Part shown: positions 17,153 through 26,207 of the stretch, piece after piece
Numbering within the stretch: the stretch's first letter is position 1
Layout: each line of letters opens with the position of its first letter
Source: Steroidobacteraceae bacterium
GTDB taxonomy: Bacteria; Pseudomonadota; Gammaproteobacteria; Steroidobacterales; Steroidobacteraceae
Direction: 5' to 3'
Assembly (NCBI GenBank): GCA_035569755.1
Contig: DATMMK010000029.1
Span: 1,816 to 65,815, forward strand
Length of the DNA: 64,000 nucleotides
Translations under genes and position numbers: made by a program
Notes under the pieces: generated by a model
The model's database searches: none
Told to the model about the DNA's origin: nothing
The model's input: the letters and a program-made list of their open reading frames with translations, nothing else

Positions 17153-17440
17153 TTACCAGCGCTTCGGCCCGCCGCCGCCGCCGCGGTTGCCGCCGCTGGT
17201 GCGCTCCTGCGCCTCGTTGACCCGCAGCGGACGCCCGCCCAGGTCCTTGCCGTTGAGGTTCTGGATGGCGCGCGAGGCATCGGCGCGCGACATCTCGACG
17301 AACCCGAAGCCACGCGGCCGGCCGGTGTCACGGTCGGTGATGAGGCTTACGGACTCGACGGTGCCGTGCTGAGCGAACAGCTCGCGAACCTCGGCGTCAG
17401 TGGCGGAGAAGGGCAGGTTGCCTACATAGATCTTCGTCAT
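17153..17440 (-). CDS. RNA-binding protein with an RRM (RNP-1/RNP-2) domain and a Gly-rich tail
   Basis: RNP-2 KIYVGNLPF, RNP-1 RGFGFVEM, C-terminal GGNRGGGGG. GGAG lies upstream of the ATG. Confidence 0.9.
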   Translation of the reverse strand: MTKIYVGNLPFSATDAEVRELFAQHGTVESVSLITDRDTGRPRGFGFVEMSRADASRAIQNLNGKDLGGRPLRVNEAQERTSGGNRGGGGGPKRW

Positions 17441-17698
17441 GCAATCAGACTCCTGAAATCAAACACACTACTGGCAGGAGTGCTGACCGGAGACCGATTG
17501 AATCGTCGGCGCGCACGCTGCCACCTGGTCGGGAACGATTCGGCTTTTCAGACTCGGAAGCCAACTCGCAAACGAGGCGGGCGGCAAGCGGCAGGAAAGG
17601 GAAAGGTCACGAACCGGCGCGGACGATACCCCAAGGGCGGGCCGCGATACAAGCGCGTCCGTGTGGCGCGTGCGCTACCGCCCACTCAGGCGGCCGCC

Positions 17699-17791
17699 TC
17701 AACCACCTGACATAACCGACAGGCAGACGAGCAGCAGCAGCACACCGAGTGCGGCGGCGACGGGGAACAGCGGGCGCGGGAAGATGAACAT
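17699..17791 (-). CDS. candidate 30-aa hydrophobic small protein (MFIFPRPLFPVAAALGVLLLLVCLSVMSGG)
   Basis: Hand-translated ATG..TGA ORF containing one predicted TM helix. Divergent from the LysR gene, 86 bp away. Only a weak AGGG lies upstream, and no homolog is recognised. Confidence 0.22.
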   Translation of the reverse strand: MFIFPRPLFPVAAALGVLLLLVCLSVMSGG

Positions 17792-17847
17792 AGTCGCGCT
17801 ACCCTAAGCCCCGCCGCTGTCAAGAAAAACAAGCTAATCACGAATTT

Positions 17848-17870
17848 ATTGTTCCGAAATACCATACAAT
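17848..17870 (+). promoter_or_regulatory. LysR-type dyad (ATTGT-N13-ACAAT) in a divergent promoter region
   Basis: Read directly. AT-rich, 8 nt upstream of the LysR ATG at 17878. Confidence 0.35.
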
Positions 17871-17877
17871 AGGTGGG

Positions 17878-18807
17878 ATGGACCAGCTGCTCTGCATGAA
17901 GAGCTTCACGCGGGTGGCGGAGCTGCATTCCTTCACCCGCGCCGCGGACGCGCTCGGCGTGTCGCGCGCCGTGGTCAGCACCCACGTGGCGGAGCTCGAG
18001 CGGCACTTGCGCTGCCAGCTGCTCCATCGCACCACCCGCCGCGTCGGGCTCACCAGTGACGGCGCCGAGTACCTCACGCGCTGCCAGCGGATCCTCAGCG
18101 AGCTCGCCGCGGCGGACGAGGCGCTGCGCGGCACGCGCCTCGCGGTGGCCGGCAGACTCCGGGTCGATGTGCCGACAGTGTTCGGCAACGCACTGCTGAT
18201 CCCGGCGCTGCCGCGCTTCACCGCGCGCTACCCGGAGCTGCAGCTCGAGGTGCAGCTCAACGACCGGGTGATCGACCTCATCGAGGAGGAAGTGGACCTG
18301 GTGGTGCGGGTCGGGCGCGTCAGGGAACCGCACCTCATCGCACGGCGTATCGTGAGCACGCGCCTCATCACCTGCGCCGCGCCCGCGTACCTGCGCGAGC
18401 ACGGCATTCCGGCCGACCCAGACGCGCTGCGCCAGCACAAGCTCATCGGCCACCTCGGCACCACCAGCCACCGGCCGCAGAAGTGGCTGTTCCAGCGCGG
18501 CGCAGTGCGCCGCCAGCTGCAGCTGCCCTTCAGTGTCGCCTTCAACGCCGCCGAGGCGCGGATCCTGGCGGCGGTGCGCGGCGCCGGCATCGTGCAGTCG
18601 ATGGACCTGCTGGTCGCGGAAGCCCTCGCCGTCGGCAAGCTCGAGGTGGTGTTGAGCGAGTGGTCGGCTCCGGGCGCGGCGATCTCCGTCGTGTGCCGCA
18701 GCGCCGTGCGCAACTCTCCCCGCATCCGCGCGTTTGCAGATTTTGCCGCGGAGCTGCTGCTGCAATACCGGCGGCGGGTGGACGCGCTGCTCGAGGCGGC
18801 AGGCTAG
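17878..18807 (+). CDS. LysR-family transcriptional regulator
   Basis: N-terminal HTH MKSFTRVAELHSFTRAADALGVSRAVVSTHVAELERHL, followed by a LysR substrate-binding domain. Confidence 0.88.
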   Translation: MDQLLCMKSFTRVAELHSFTRAADALGVSRAVVSTHVAELERHLRCQLLHRTTRRVGLTSDGAEYLTRCQRILSELAAADEALRGTRLAVAGRLRVDVPTVFGNALLIPALPRFTARYPELQLEVQLNDRVIDLIEEEVDLVVRVGRVREPHLIARRIVSTRLITCAAPAYLREHGIPADPDALRQHKLIGHLGTTSHRPQKWLFQRGAVRRQLQLPFSVAFNAAEARILAAVRGAGIVQSMDLLVAEALAVGKLEVVLSEWSAPGAAISVVCRSAVRNSPRIRAFADFAAELLLQYRRRVDALLEAAG

Positions 18808-18821
18808 TTGAATGGGCCGCC

Positions 18822-21218
18822 TCAGCGCTTGGGGCGCCCGGTGAGCTCCCCGAGCGCGCGCAGCTGTGTGATCGTCCCCTCCGAGGCCGGCAGCAGCTGG
18901 TTGGCGCGGCGCACGAACGGCGCGACCTCGGCCACCGGCAGCGGCCGGCTGATGAGATAGCCCTGGGCAAAATCGCAGCCGAGGCGGCGCAGCAGGCTCC
19001 AGGCCTCGGCCTCCTCGACCCCCTCGGCGACCACCTGGAGGCCGAGCGTATGGCCGAGCTCGATGGTCGAGGTGACGATGCTCGCGGCCCCGGTGAGCGC
19101 CTGGCTGATGAGCGAACGGTCGATCTTCAGCTCGTCCACCGGCAGGAGCGAGAGCTGCGACAGCGAGGAGTGGCCGGTGCCGAAGTCGTCGATCGCAAAG
19201 CGCACGCCGGCGATGCGCAGCAGCTGCATGTTGCGGGCCGCGCCCTGCGGGTCGCGCATCACCGCGCTCTCGGTGATCTCGAGCAGGAGCGAGGCGGGAT
19301 GCACGGAGTGGCTGCGCAGCAGCGCGAGGATCTGGTCGCCGAGCTCCGGGTCGAGGATGTCGGGCGCCGAGAGGTTCACGGCCAGCTGCACCTCGAGCCC
19401 CTCTTCGCGCCACTCCCCCAGCTGGCGGATGGCGGTCTTCAGCACCCAGTCGGTGAGCCGGCGCGAGCCGCCGGTGCGCTCGGCGAGCGGCACGAACTCG
19501 CCCGGCGAGACCGGCCCGAGCTGCGGGTGGGTCCAGCGCACCAGCGCCTCGAGACTGCGCACCGTGCGCGCCGCCATGGTGACCAGCGGCTGATACACCA
19601 GCGTCAGCTGGCCGCCGTCGATGGCCGCACGCAGGTCGGTGACGAGCGTCAGGCGGCGGCGGTGCACGTCGTCCTGACCCGGACGGAACATGGCGACGCG
19701 CGCGGCCGTATCGTGCGCGTCCTCGAGCGCCACCTGCGCCCGCTGCAGGAGCTCCTCGGTCGTGCGGCCGTGTTCGGGCAGCAGGCACACCCCGCAGGCG
19801 ACGTGCAGCTCGAGGCCGACGCCGGCGACGTGAAAACCCGAGTGGATGAGCCCGGCGAGCTGCTCGGCGTAGAGGAGCGAGCGCTCGGCGGTGCAGACCG
19901 GGACGATCACCAGGAACTGCGCCTCGCCGAGGCGCGCCACGGTGTCGTTCTGCGAGACGTTCTGGCGCAGGCGGTGAGCAACCTCGCGCAGCACGTCGTC
20001 GCCCACCGAGAAGCCGAGGGATACGTTGATGTCGCGCAGATTCCGCAGGCTGACCAGGATCAGCGCGCCGCGTGCCTCGTCCGCGGCCTCGTGCGCGACA
20101 CGCTCGAGCACCTGGGTGGCGTACCAGCGGTTCGGCAGGTGCGTGAGCGGATCGTGCTGCGCGTGGAAAGTGATCGCCGCTTCGCGCTCGGCGATGTTCC
20201 GCTGCATCGCGTTGAAGGTGCGGGCGAGGCTGCGGAATTCCTCGCCCCCGGAGACGTCGACGGCGGTCTGGTAGTGCCCCTGCTGGATGCGCTGCGCCGC
20301 GCGCACCAGCTGGCCGATGGGACGTGAGGCGGTGCGGCCGAGAACCGCGCCGACGAGCGCCGCCATGAGGAGCGCGACACCGTCGATCGCCAGCATCGCA
20401 TCGCGCAGCTCGCGGTAGGGCGCCAGCACTTCCCGGTGCGGTTTCAGCAGCCGCACCTCGACCAGATCGCCGGGCGCCTCGAGCGGCCGGGCCAGGGTGA
20501 GATAGTCGGTGCCAGCGAGGCGCACGAGGTGTGGCGACTCGGCGGCCGTGGCGGATCCTGAGGCCGGTCCCGCCGTGGCGAGCAGCTGGTTGCGCTCGTC
20601 GGCGGCGAGCGTGGCCGCCACGTGGGTGATGCCGTCGTGCCCGTACACGGTGAGCGCGACCTGCGAGCCGACCAGGTCGCGGATGCGCTGCGCGAGCGCA
20701 TCGTCGGCGACGAAACCCATCGCCACCCAGGCGCGGGTCTCGGGCGTGCGTACCGGGGCGAGCACCAGCTGATAGGCGCTGGGACCGAGAACCATGAAGG
20801 CCGGCTGGTCACGCGCGCCGGGGTCGCGCAGCAGCTGGGCGATGGAGTTGCTGGCGTCGGCTCCGACCGGGACCGTCGAGGCGATCACGCTGCCACGGGT
20901 ATCGAGCACCATGACCATGTCGGCGCCGACGCGCCGGGAGTTGTTGCGGGCGGCGTCGAGGATCGTGAGCGGGTCCCCGCCCGCCACCGCCTCGCGGAAG
21001 CCGAAATCCGCGGACGTTGCGGACACGCCGTTGGCGAGCTCGCCGGCACGGAAGCGCATCAGCTGCAGCGCCAGCGAGGCCCCCGAGCCGAGCTGCTCCT
21101 TGGCCCGCTGCTCCACGGCTCCGCGGGTGCTGGCGAGGACTGCGGCCAGCGTCACAGTTTGGGTGACGATGACCAGGCCTATGATCAGCACGAGAAGTCG
21201 TTTGCGGAAACTACCCAT
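18822..21218 (-). CDS. membrane c-di-GMP turnover sensor: TM, periplasmic domain, TM, HAMP, degenerate GGDEF, EAL
   Basis: The EAL domain is intact (QPLV...SLEALVRW, NLS, EITES, DDFGTGHSSL, KIDRS, AEGVE, QGY). The GGDEF signature is replaced by LGEAQF (codons at 19914-19928). HAMP region around SRPIGQLVRAAQRI. Confidence 0.9.
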   Translation of the reverse strand: MGSFRKRLLVLIIGLVIVTQTVTLAAVLASTRGAVEQRAKEQLGSGASLALQLMRFRAGELANGVSATSADFGFREAVAGGDPLTILDAARNNSRRVGADMVMVLDTRGSVIASTVPVGADASNSIAQLLRDPGARDQPAFMVLGPSAYQLVLAPVRTPETRAWVAMGFVADDALAQRIRDLVGSQVALTVYGHDGITHVAATLAADERNQLLATAGPASGSATAAESPHLVRLAGTDYLTLARPLEAPGDLVEVRLLKPHREVLAPYRELRDAMLAIDGVALLMAALVGAVLGRTASRPIGQLVRAAQRIQQGHYQTAVDVSGGEEFRSLARTFNAMQRNIAEREAAITFHAQHDPLTHLPNRWYATQVLERVAHEAADEARGALILVSLRNLRDINVSLGFSVGDDVLREVAHRLRQNVSQNDTVARLGEAQFLVIVPVCTAERSLLYAEQLAGLIHSGFHVAGVGLELHVACGVCLLPEHGRTTEELLQRAQVALEDAHDTAARVAMFRPGQDDVHRRRLTLVTDLRAAIDGGQLTLVYQPLVTMAARTVRSLEALVRWTHPQLGPVSPGEFVPLAERTGGSRRLTDWVLKTAIRQLGEWREEGLEVQLAVNLSAPDILDPELGDQILALLRSHSVHPASLLLEITESAVMRDPQGAARNMQLLRIAGVRFAIDDFGTGHSSLSQLSLLPVDELKIDRSLISQALTGAASIVTSTIELGHTLGLQVVAEGVEEAEAWSLLRRLGCDFAQGYLISRPLPVAEVAPFVRRANQLLPASEGTITQLRALGELTGRPKR

Positions 21219-21289
21219 TCAATGCGCTCGAATGCCCATTCGCATCGTAGGCGTCCCGCCCTCGCGGGAGCGAGCAAACAAGTGCGGGA

Positions 21290-21979
21290 ATGAGACCTCG
21301 GGCACGTCCACGCAGTGACAAGACAGCCGTACGGGCGCCCGCCGCTCTGGCGGCGGCGGCGCTGTGCGCGCTGAGCGCCGGACCGCTCGCCCGCGCCGCC
21401 GTACTGGTCGTCACGGTGCAGGCTTCCGACGGCCGGGCGCTCCCCGGCGCCGTCGTGACGGCGCGCCCCCTGGACGCGCCGGAGCGCAAGCCCCAGCCCG
21501 TCAAGGCGGTCATGGACCAGGTCAACCGCGCCTTCGCACCGGACCTGCTGGTGATCCCGGTCGGCTCCACGGTGACGTTCCCGAACACCGACTCGGTGAG
21601 CCACCAGATCTACTCGTTCTCTCCCGCCAAGCGCTTTCAGCTGCCGCTCTACCGCGGCACGCCTTATCCGCCCGTGCATTTCGACCAGGCGGGGATCGTC
21701 ACGCTCGGCTGCAACATTCACGACGAAATGGTCGGCTATCTCCTCGTGACGGACGCGCCCTACTACGGGCGCACGGACGCGAAGGGCGCCTGGTCGAACG
21801 ACCTGGCGCGCGGCCGCTATCGCATCACCATCTGGCATCCGCGCCTGCGCGATGCGGCCGCCGACCTCGAGCGCGAGCTCACGGTCGGTGAGGCCGACCG
21901 TGCCGAGCTCACCCTGCGGCTGACTAAGTCTCTCGCCCCTGCGCCGCTCGACGACCGACCGCATTCCTGGGATTACTGA
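21290..21979 (+). CDS. secreted cupredoxin (type-1 copper protein; family often annotated as methylamine-utilization-like)
   Basis: Arg-rich signal peptide. Candidate copper ligands H105 (VSHQIY) and C141-N-I-H144-D-E-M147 (codons 21710-21730), with amicyanin-like C-x2-H-x2-M spacing. Confidence 0.72.
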   Translation: MRPRARPRSDKTAVRAPAALAAAALCALSAGPLARAAVLVVTVQASDGRALPGAVVTARPLDAPERKPQPVKAVMDQVNRAFAPDLLVIPVGSTVTFPNTDSVSHQIYSFSPAKRFQLPLYRGTPYPPVHFDQAGIVTLGCNIHDEMVGYLLVTDAPYYGRTDAKGAWSNDLARGRYRITIWHPRLRDAAADLERELTVGEADRAELTLRLTKSLAPAPLDDRPHSWDY

Positions 21980-21981
21980 CG

Positions 21982-23208
21982 ATGTTGCGTCTTGCCCGGT
22001 TGCTCCTGCCGCTCGCCTCCCTCGCGCTCGCCGCCACCGCGCGGGGCGACGGCTGGGAGCTCGACCTCGACGGGCGCCTGGTGAGCTCCGACGCCAATCC
22101 CTCCTACACACAAGGCGGCATCAGCGGCGTGCGCTTCGATCAGGATCAGTCGGGCCTCCGGCTCGGACGCGCGCGCCTCGCGCTCACCGAGTCGCTCGGC
22201 GAGCTCTGGAGCGTGCATCTCGATGCTTCCGCGTGGGGCGACCACGACCGCATCCCCGTCGGCCTGACGGAAGCCTACCTGCAGTTCCGCCCCTACCCGT
22301 TCGCGTCCGGCTACCGCCTGCGCCTCAAGGCCGGCGCCTTCTACCCGCCCGTGTCGCTCGAGAACCGCGCCGCCGGCTGGGAATCGCCCTACACGCTCTC
22401 CTACTCCGCGATCGACAGCTGGCTCGCGATCGAGGTGCGCACGATCGGGGTCGAGGCCACCCTCGACTGGCTCGGCAGGCGGCAGGGCCACGACTTCGAC
22501 CTCGGGGTGACCGGCGGCGTGTTCGGCTGGAACCAGGGTGCGGGCGGCTTCATCGCCGGCGATGGCTTCACGCTCACCGACCGCCAGACTCCCTACGGCG
22601 GGCGCGTGGGCCTGGCGGGTGACCCGGTGCTCTTCAACTTCGAGCCGTTCCGCCAGTTCGACGGGCGCGCCGGCGTCTACGGCGGCCTCGAGCTGCGCTG
22701 GCTCGATCGCGTGGTGGTCCGGGCGCTGCGCTATGACAACCGCGCCGACCCGACGGCTCTCGACAACGCCAGCTTCGCCATCGCCTGGGAGACGAGCTTC
22801 GACAGCTTAGGCGTACGCGCCGAGACCGCCGACGGCTGGACCGGGATCGTGCAGGGGCTGAAGGGCGATACGGCCATCGCGCCGGGAGGCTTTTACCTCG
22901 ACTGGCCGTTCAAGGCGCAGTACGCGCTGGTGGCGAAGCAGTGGGGCAAGAACATGCTCAGCCTGCGCTACGACCGCTTCGAGGTCGACGCCGGCAGCTC
23001 CGCCGGGAGCGACGGCACCGAGACCGGGCACGCGTGGACCGCGGCTTACGTCTTCACGCCCGATGCGCACTGGCGCTTCACGCTCGAGTGGCTGCGCGTG
23101 ACGAGCAACGCCTACTACCGCAACGATGCCTTCGGCCTGCCGGCGCTCGCCACCGAGACGCAGCTGCAGCTCGCGGTGCGCTACGCGCTCGGCTCGGCGA
23201 CGTATTGA
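21982..23208 (+). CDS. putative outer-membrane beta-barrel protein (function unknown)
   Basis: Signal peptide MLRLARLLLPLASLALAATARG. Alternating-pattern sequence rich in G/Y/W/D. C-terminal ...RYALGSATY with a terminal aromatic residue. Only 2 nt after the cupredoxin stop. Confidence 0.55.
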   Translation: MLRLARLLLPLASLALAATARGDGWELDLDGRLVSSDANPSYTQGGISGVRFDQDQSGLRLGRARLALTESLGELWSVHLDASAWGDHDRIPVGLTEAYLQFRPYPFASGYRLRLKAGAFYPPVSLENRAAGWESPYTLSYSAIDSWLAIEVRTIGVEATLDWLGRRQGHDFDLGVTGGVFGWNQGAGGFIAGDGFTLTDRQTPYGGRVGLAGDPVLFNFEPFRQFDGRAGVYGGLELRWLDRVVVRALRYDNRADPTALDNASFAIAWETSFDSLGVRAETADGWTGIVQGLKGDTAIAPGGFYLDWPFKAQYALVAKQWGKNMLSLRYDRFEVDAGSSAGSDGTETGHAWTAAYVFTPDAHWRFTLEWLRVTSNAYYRNDAFGLPALATETQLQLAVRYALGSATY

Positions 23209-23280
23209 GCGCGCCGCGGTCCGCGCGTGTGACCCCGCTGAAGCGATAGTGAACCAAATGGTTCAGTGTCGCGCGGGCGG

Positions 23281-24339
23281 CTACCGATAGCGCGCCAGGA
23301 TCTTCTCGAGTCCCTTCGAGCCCGGCGACAGCGCCTCGTAAGGCAGACTGTTGAGCGGCGCCGCCGGCGTCGAATTCACCTGATGGAACTCGTGCTGCGC
23401 GGTCTCGTCGAGGAATAAGAGCCCGGTGAGGTATTCCCCGGCCTTGATGCGCTCCTGGATGTGGGCCTGGGCGGCGGCGCGATTGGTTGGATCGTAGGCG
23501 GCGTCGAGCTTGCGCAGCACGATGCGGCTGCCGTCGTGCATCACCACCGGGACGGCCTCGCCTTCGCGATACTCGACACTGATCTCGCGCTCGGGGGGCA
23601 CGAAGTCCGCCTGCACCGCCGGCTCGTAGTGCTCGCGCGTATAGGCGTAGCTCTTGGTCGAGCCCTCGTGGTCATTGAAGGTGACGCACGGCGAGAGCAC
23701 GTCGATCAGCGCGAAGCCGCGGTGCCTGAGGCCCGCCTGGATGAGCGGCACCAGCTGGTGCTTGTCGCCGGAGAAGCTGCGCGCCACGAACGAGGCGCCG
23801 AGCGTCATGGCGAGCAGCACCGGGTCGATCGGCGGCTGCACGTTGGTCTCACCCTTCTTGGCCCGGGTGCCGATGTCGGCGGAGGCGGAGAACTGCCCCT
23901 TGGTGAGGCCGTAGACGCCGTTGTTCTCGATGATGTAGAGCATGTCGAGGTTGCGGCGGATGGCGTGGCAGAACTGCCCGAGCCCGATCGAGAGCGTGTC
24001 GCCATCGCCCGAGACGCCGATGTAGCTCAGATTGCGGTTGGCGGCATTCGCCCCCATCGCGATCGAGGGCATGCGGCCGTGCACGGAGTTGAAGCCGTGG
24101 CCGCCGGAGACGAAGTAGGCAGTGGTCTTGGACGAGCAGCCGATGCCGGAGAGCTTCACCACGTTCTGCGGCTCGAGCGACAGCCCCCAGCTCGCCTCGA
24201 CGATCGCGGCGGTGATCGAGTCGTGCCCACAGCCGGCGCACAGGGTCGAGAGCGCCCCCTCGTAGTCGCGGCGGGTGAGTCCCAGCGCATTGCGCGGCAG
24301 CGAGGGGTGGGCGACCTTGGGCTTGGCGATGAAAGTCAT
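23281..24339 (-). CDS. korB: 2-oxoacid:ferredoxin oxidoreductase beta subunit (TPP-binding)
   Basis: LCAGCGHDSI, GIGCSS, GDGDTLSIGLGQF (TPP motif), NNGVYGLTKGQ. Confidence 0.92.
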   Translation of the reverse strand: MTFIAKPKVAHPSLPRNALGLTRRDYEGALSTLCAGCGHDSITAAIVEASWGLSLEPQNVVKLSGIGCSSKTTAYFVSGGHGFNSVHGRMPSIAMGANAANRNLSYIGVSGDGDTLSIGLGQFCHAIRRNLDMLYIIENNGVYGLTKGQFSASADIGTRAKKGETNVQPPIDPVLLAMTLGASFVARSFSGDKHQLVPLIQAGLRHRGFALIDVLSPCVTFNDHEGSTKSYAYTREHYEPAVQADFVPPEREISVEYREGEAVPVVMHDGSRIVLRKLDAAYDPTNRAAAQAHIQERIKAGEYLTGLLFLDETAQHEFHQVNSTPAAPLNSLPYEALSPGSKGLEKILARYR

Positions 24340-24345
24340 AGGGTG

Positions 24346-26187
24346 TCAGCCATGGGCCGATGCGTCGCGCAGCTGCGCCGCGCGCTCGGGCTGGAGCTCC
24401 GCGAGCACCCCATCGACGATGAACGCCGAAGAGATGGGAAGCCCCGAGTAGTGCAGCAGCGAGCGCAGCTTGGATTTTTCGACCGCGGTCTCGAGCGTCA
24501 GGAGCGAGCGCAGCTGGGCGTCGCGGTTCTGCTCGACGACGAACAGCCGCTCGTGCGCGGCCAGGAATTTCTCGACGTCCTCACTGAACGGGAAGGCACG
24601 CACCCGCATGTAGTCGACGGCGACGCCGCGGCGCGCGAGCACGTCGCGCGCCTCGTGGATGGCGCCGTCGCAGCTGCCGACCGAGACGATGCCGATCTTC
24701 GAGTTCGCGGTCGCATCGATCACCGCGCGCGGCACCATGCGCTTCGCCGTGGCCCACTTGCGCAGCAGCCGGTCGAGCACCAGCTGGTACTCGGCTGAGT
24801 CTTCGGTGTAGGCGCCATATTGGTTATGCCCCGAGCCGCGCGCGAAGTACGCCGCCTTGGGATCGACGCCGGGAAGCGTCCGGTAGGCGATGCCGTCCTC
24901 GTCGAGGTCGAGGAAGCGGTAGAACTTCTTGAGCTTGAGGACTTCCTCCTTGCCGAGAACCTTGCCGCGGTCGGGCCGGTAGCTGTCGTCCCACTTGAGA
25001 TCGCGGCACATCCAGTCGTTCATGCCGATGTCGAGATCCGACAGCACCAGCACCGGAGTCTGCAGCCGCTCGGCGAGGTCGAAGGCCTGGACCGCCATGT
25101 AGAAGCATTCCTCGGGGTTGGCCGGATAGAGGCACACGTGGCGCGTGTCGCCGTGCGAGGCGTAGGCGGCGAGCATCAGATCGCCCTGCTGGGTGCGAGT
25201 CGGCATGCCGGTGGAGGGGCCGACGCGCTGGATGTCGAAGATCACCGCCGGCACCTCGGCGTAATAGGCGAGACCCAGGAACTCGTTCATGAGCGAGATG
25301 CCGGGGCCCGAGGTCGCGGTGAAGGCGCGTGCGCCGTTCCACATGGCGCCGATCGCCATGCCGATGGCGGCGAGCTCGTCCTCCGCCTGGATGAAGGCGA
25401 AGTTCTTCTCTCCCGTGTCCTTGTCGACACGCGCGCGGTCGGCGAACATCTTGAACGCGTCCATGAGCGAGGTGGACGGCGTGATGGGGTACCAGGCCGC
25501 GACCGTGGCGCCGGCGAACAGGCACCCGAGGGCCGCCGCCGTGTTGCCGTCGATCATGACGTGCCCGGCGGTGCCGTCCATCTTCTCCACGCGCAGCGGC
25601 AGCGGGCACTCGAAGTGCTCGCGCGCGTAGTCGTAGCCGAGCTGGATCGCCTTCATGTTGCTCTCGACCAGCTGCGGCTTCTTCGCGTAGGTCTCGGCGA
25701 GCAGCTCGCGGATGCGCGCGATATCCAGGTCGAGCAGCGCAGCCAGCACCCCTGCGTAGCAGATGTTCTTCATCAGGATGCGGGTGCGCACGCCGTTGAA
25801 GCTCTCGTTGCAGAGCTTGGCGAGCGGCACGCCGAGCACGGTGATGTCGTCGCGCTTCAGCAGCGCCGGCCGCGGCCAGGTGGAGTCGTAGACCAGGTAA
25901 CCGCCCGGGGCGACGTCCCGCGCGTCGCGCGTGTAAGTCTCGGCGTTCATGGCCACCATGATGTCGACGGTACCGGCGCGCGCCACGTAACCCGCGCGCG
26001 TGACGCGGATCTCGTACCAGGTGGGCAGGCCCTGAATGTTCGAGGGAAAGTAGTTCTTGCCCATCACCGGAATGCCGCTCCTGAAGATCGACTTCATGAG
26101 CAGCGTGTTGGCGCTCGCCGAGCCGGTGCCGTTCACCGTGGCGATCTTGATGGTGAAATCGTTGACGCGTGCAGCTGTGGGGGACAT
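24346..26187 (-). CDS. korA: 2-oxoacid:acceptor oxidoreductase alpha subunit
   Basis: The internal ATG at 26187 gives MSPTAARVNDFTIKIATVNGTGSASANTLLMKSIFRSGIPVMGKNYFPSNIQGLPTWYEIRV. The track ORF extends further 5' only as read-through into the upstream gene. Confidence 0.92.
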   Translation of the reverse strand: MSPTAARVNDFTIKIATVNGTGSASANTLLMKSIFRSGIPVMGKNYFPSNIQGLPTWYEIRVTRAGYVARAGTVDIMVAMNAETYTRDARDVAPGGYLVYDSTWPRPALLKRDDITVLGVPLAKLCNESFNGVRTRILMKNICYAGVLAALLDLDIARIRELLAETYAKKPQLVESNMKAIQLGYDYAREHFECPLPLRVEKMDGTAGHVMIDGNTAAALGCLFAGATVAAWYPITPSTSLMDAFKMFADRARVDKDTGEKNFAFIQAEDELAAIGMAIGAMWNGARAFTATSGPGISLMNEFLGLAYYAEVPAVIFDIQRVGPSTGMPTRTQQGDLMLAAYASHGDTRHVCLYPANPEECFYMAVQAFDLAERLQTPVLVLSDLDIGMNDWMCRDLKWDDSYRPDRGKVLGKEEVLKLKKFYRFLDLDEDGIAYRTLPGVDPKAAYFARGSGHNQYGAYTEDSAEYQLVLDRLLRKWATAKRMVPRAVIDATANSKIGIVSVGSCDGAIHEARDVLARRGVAVDYMRVRAFPFSEDVEKFLAAHERLFVVEQNRDAQLRSLLTLETAVEKSKLRSLLHYSGLPISSAFIVDGVLAELQPERAAQLRDASAHG

Positions 26188-26207
26188 GGGCGTTCGGGTC
26201 CGGGAGT

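Noticed and set aside
17686-19788. 700-aa minus-strand ORF, plus similar very long ORFs at 30177..32813 (-), 35811..37661 (+), 24820..26688 (+), 26334..28061 (+) and 7463..9547 (+)
   Set aside because: Each lies opposite to, or out of frame with, a gene carrying strong conserved motifs (LysR/EAL sensor, ubiB/MATE, trpB/trpF, korA, GltD-like, TonB receptor). They have Arg/Ala/Gly-dominated composition. They are GC-bias shadow ORFs.
23250-23265. Palindrome TGAACCA-aa-TGGTTCA between the convergent OMP and korB genes
   Set aside because: Seven-bp arms with a 2-nt spacer, occurring only once. It could be a weak bidirectional terminator or a protein site, but nothing supports a specific call.
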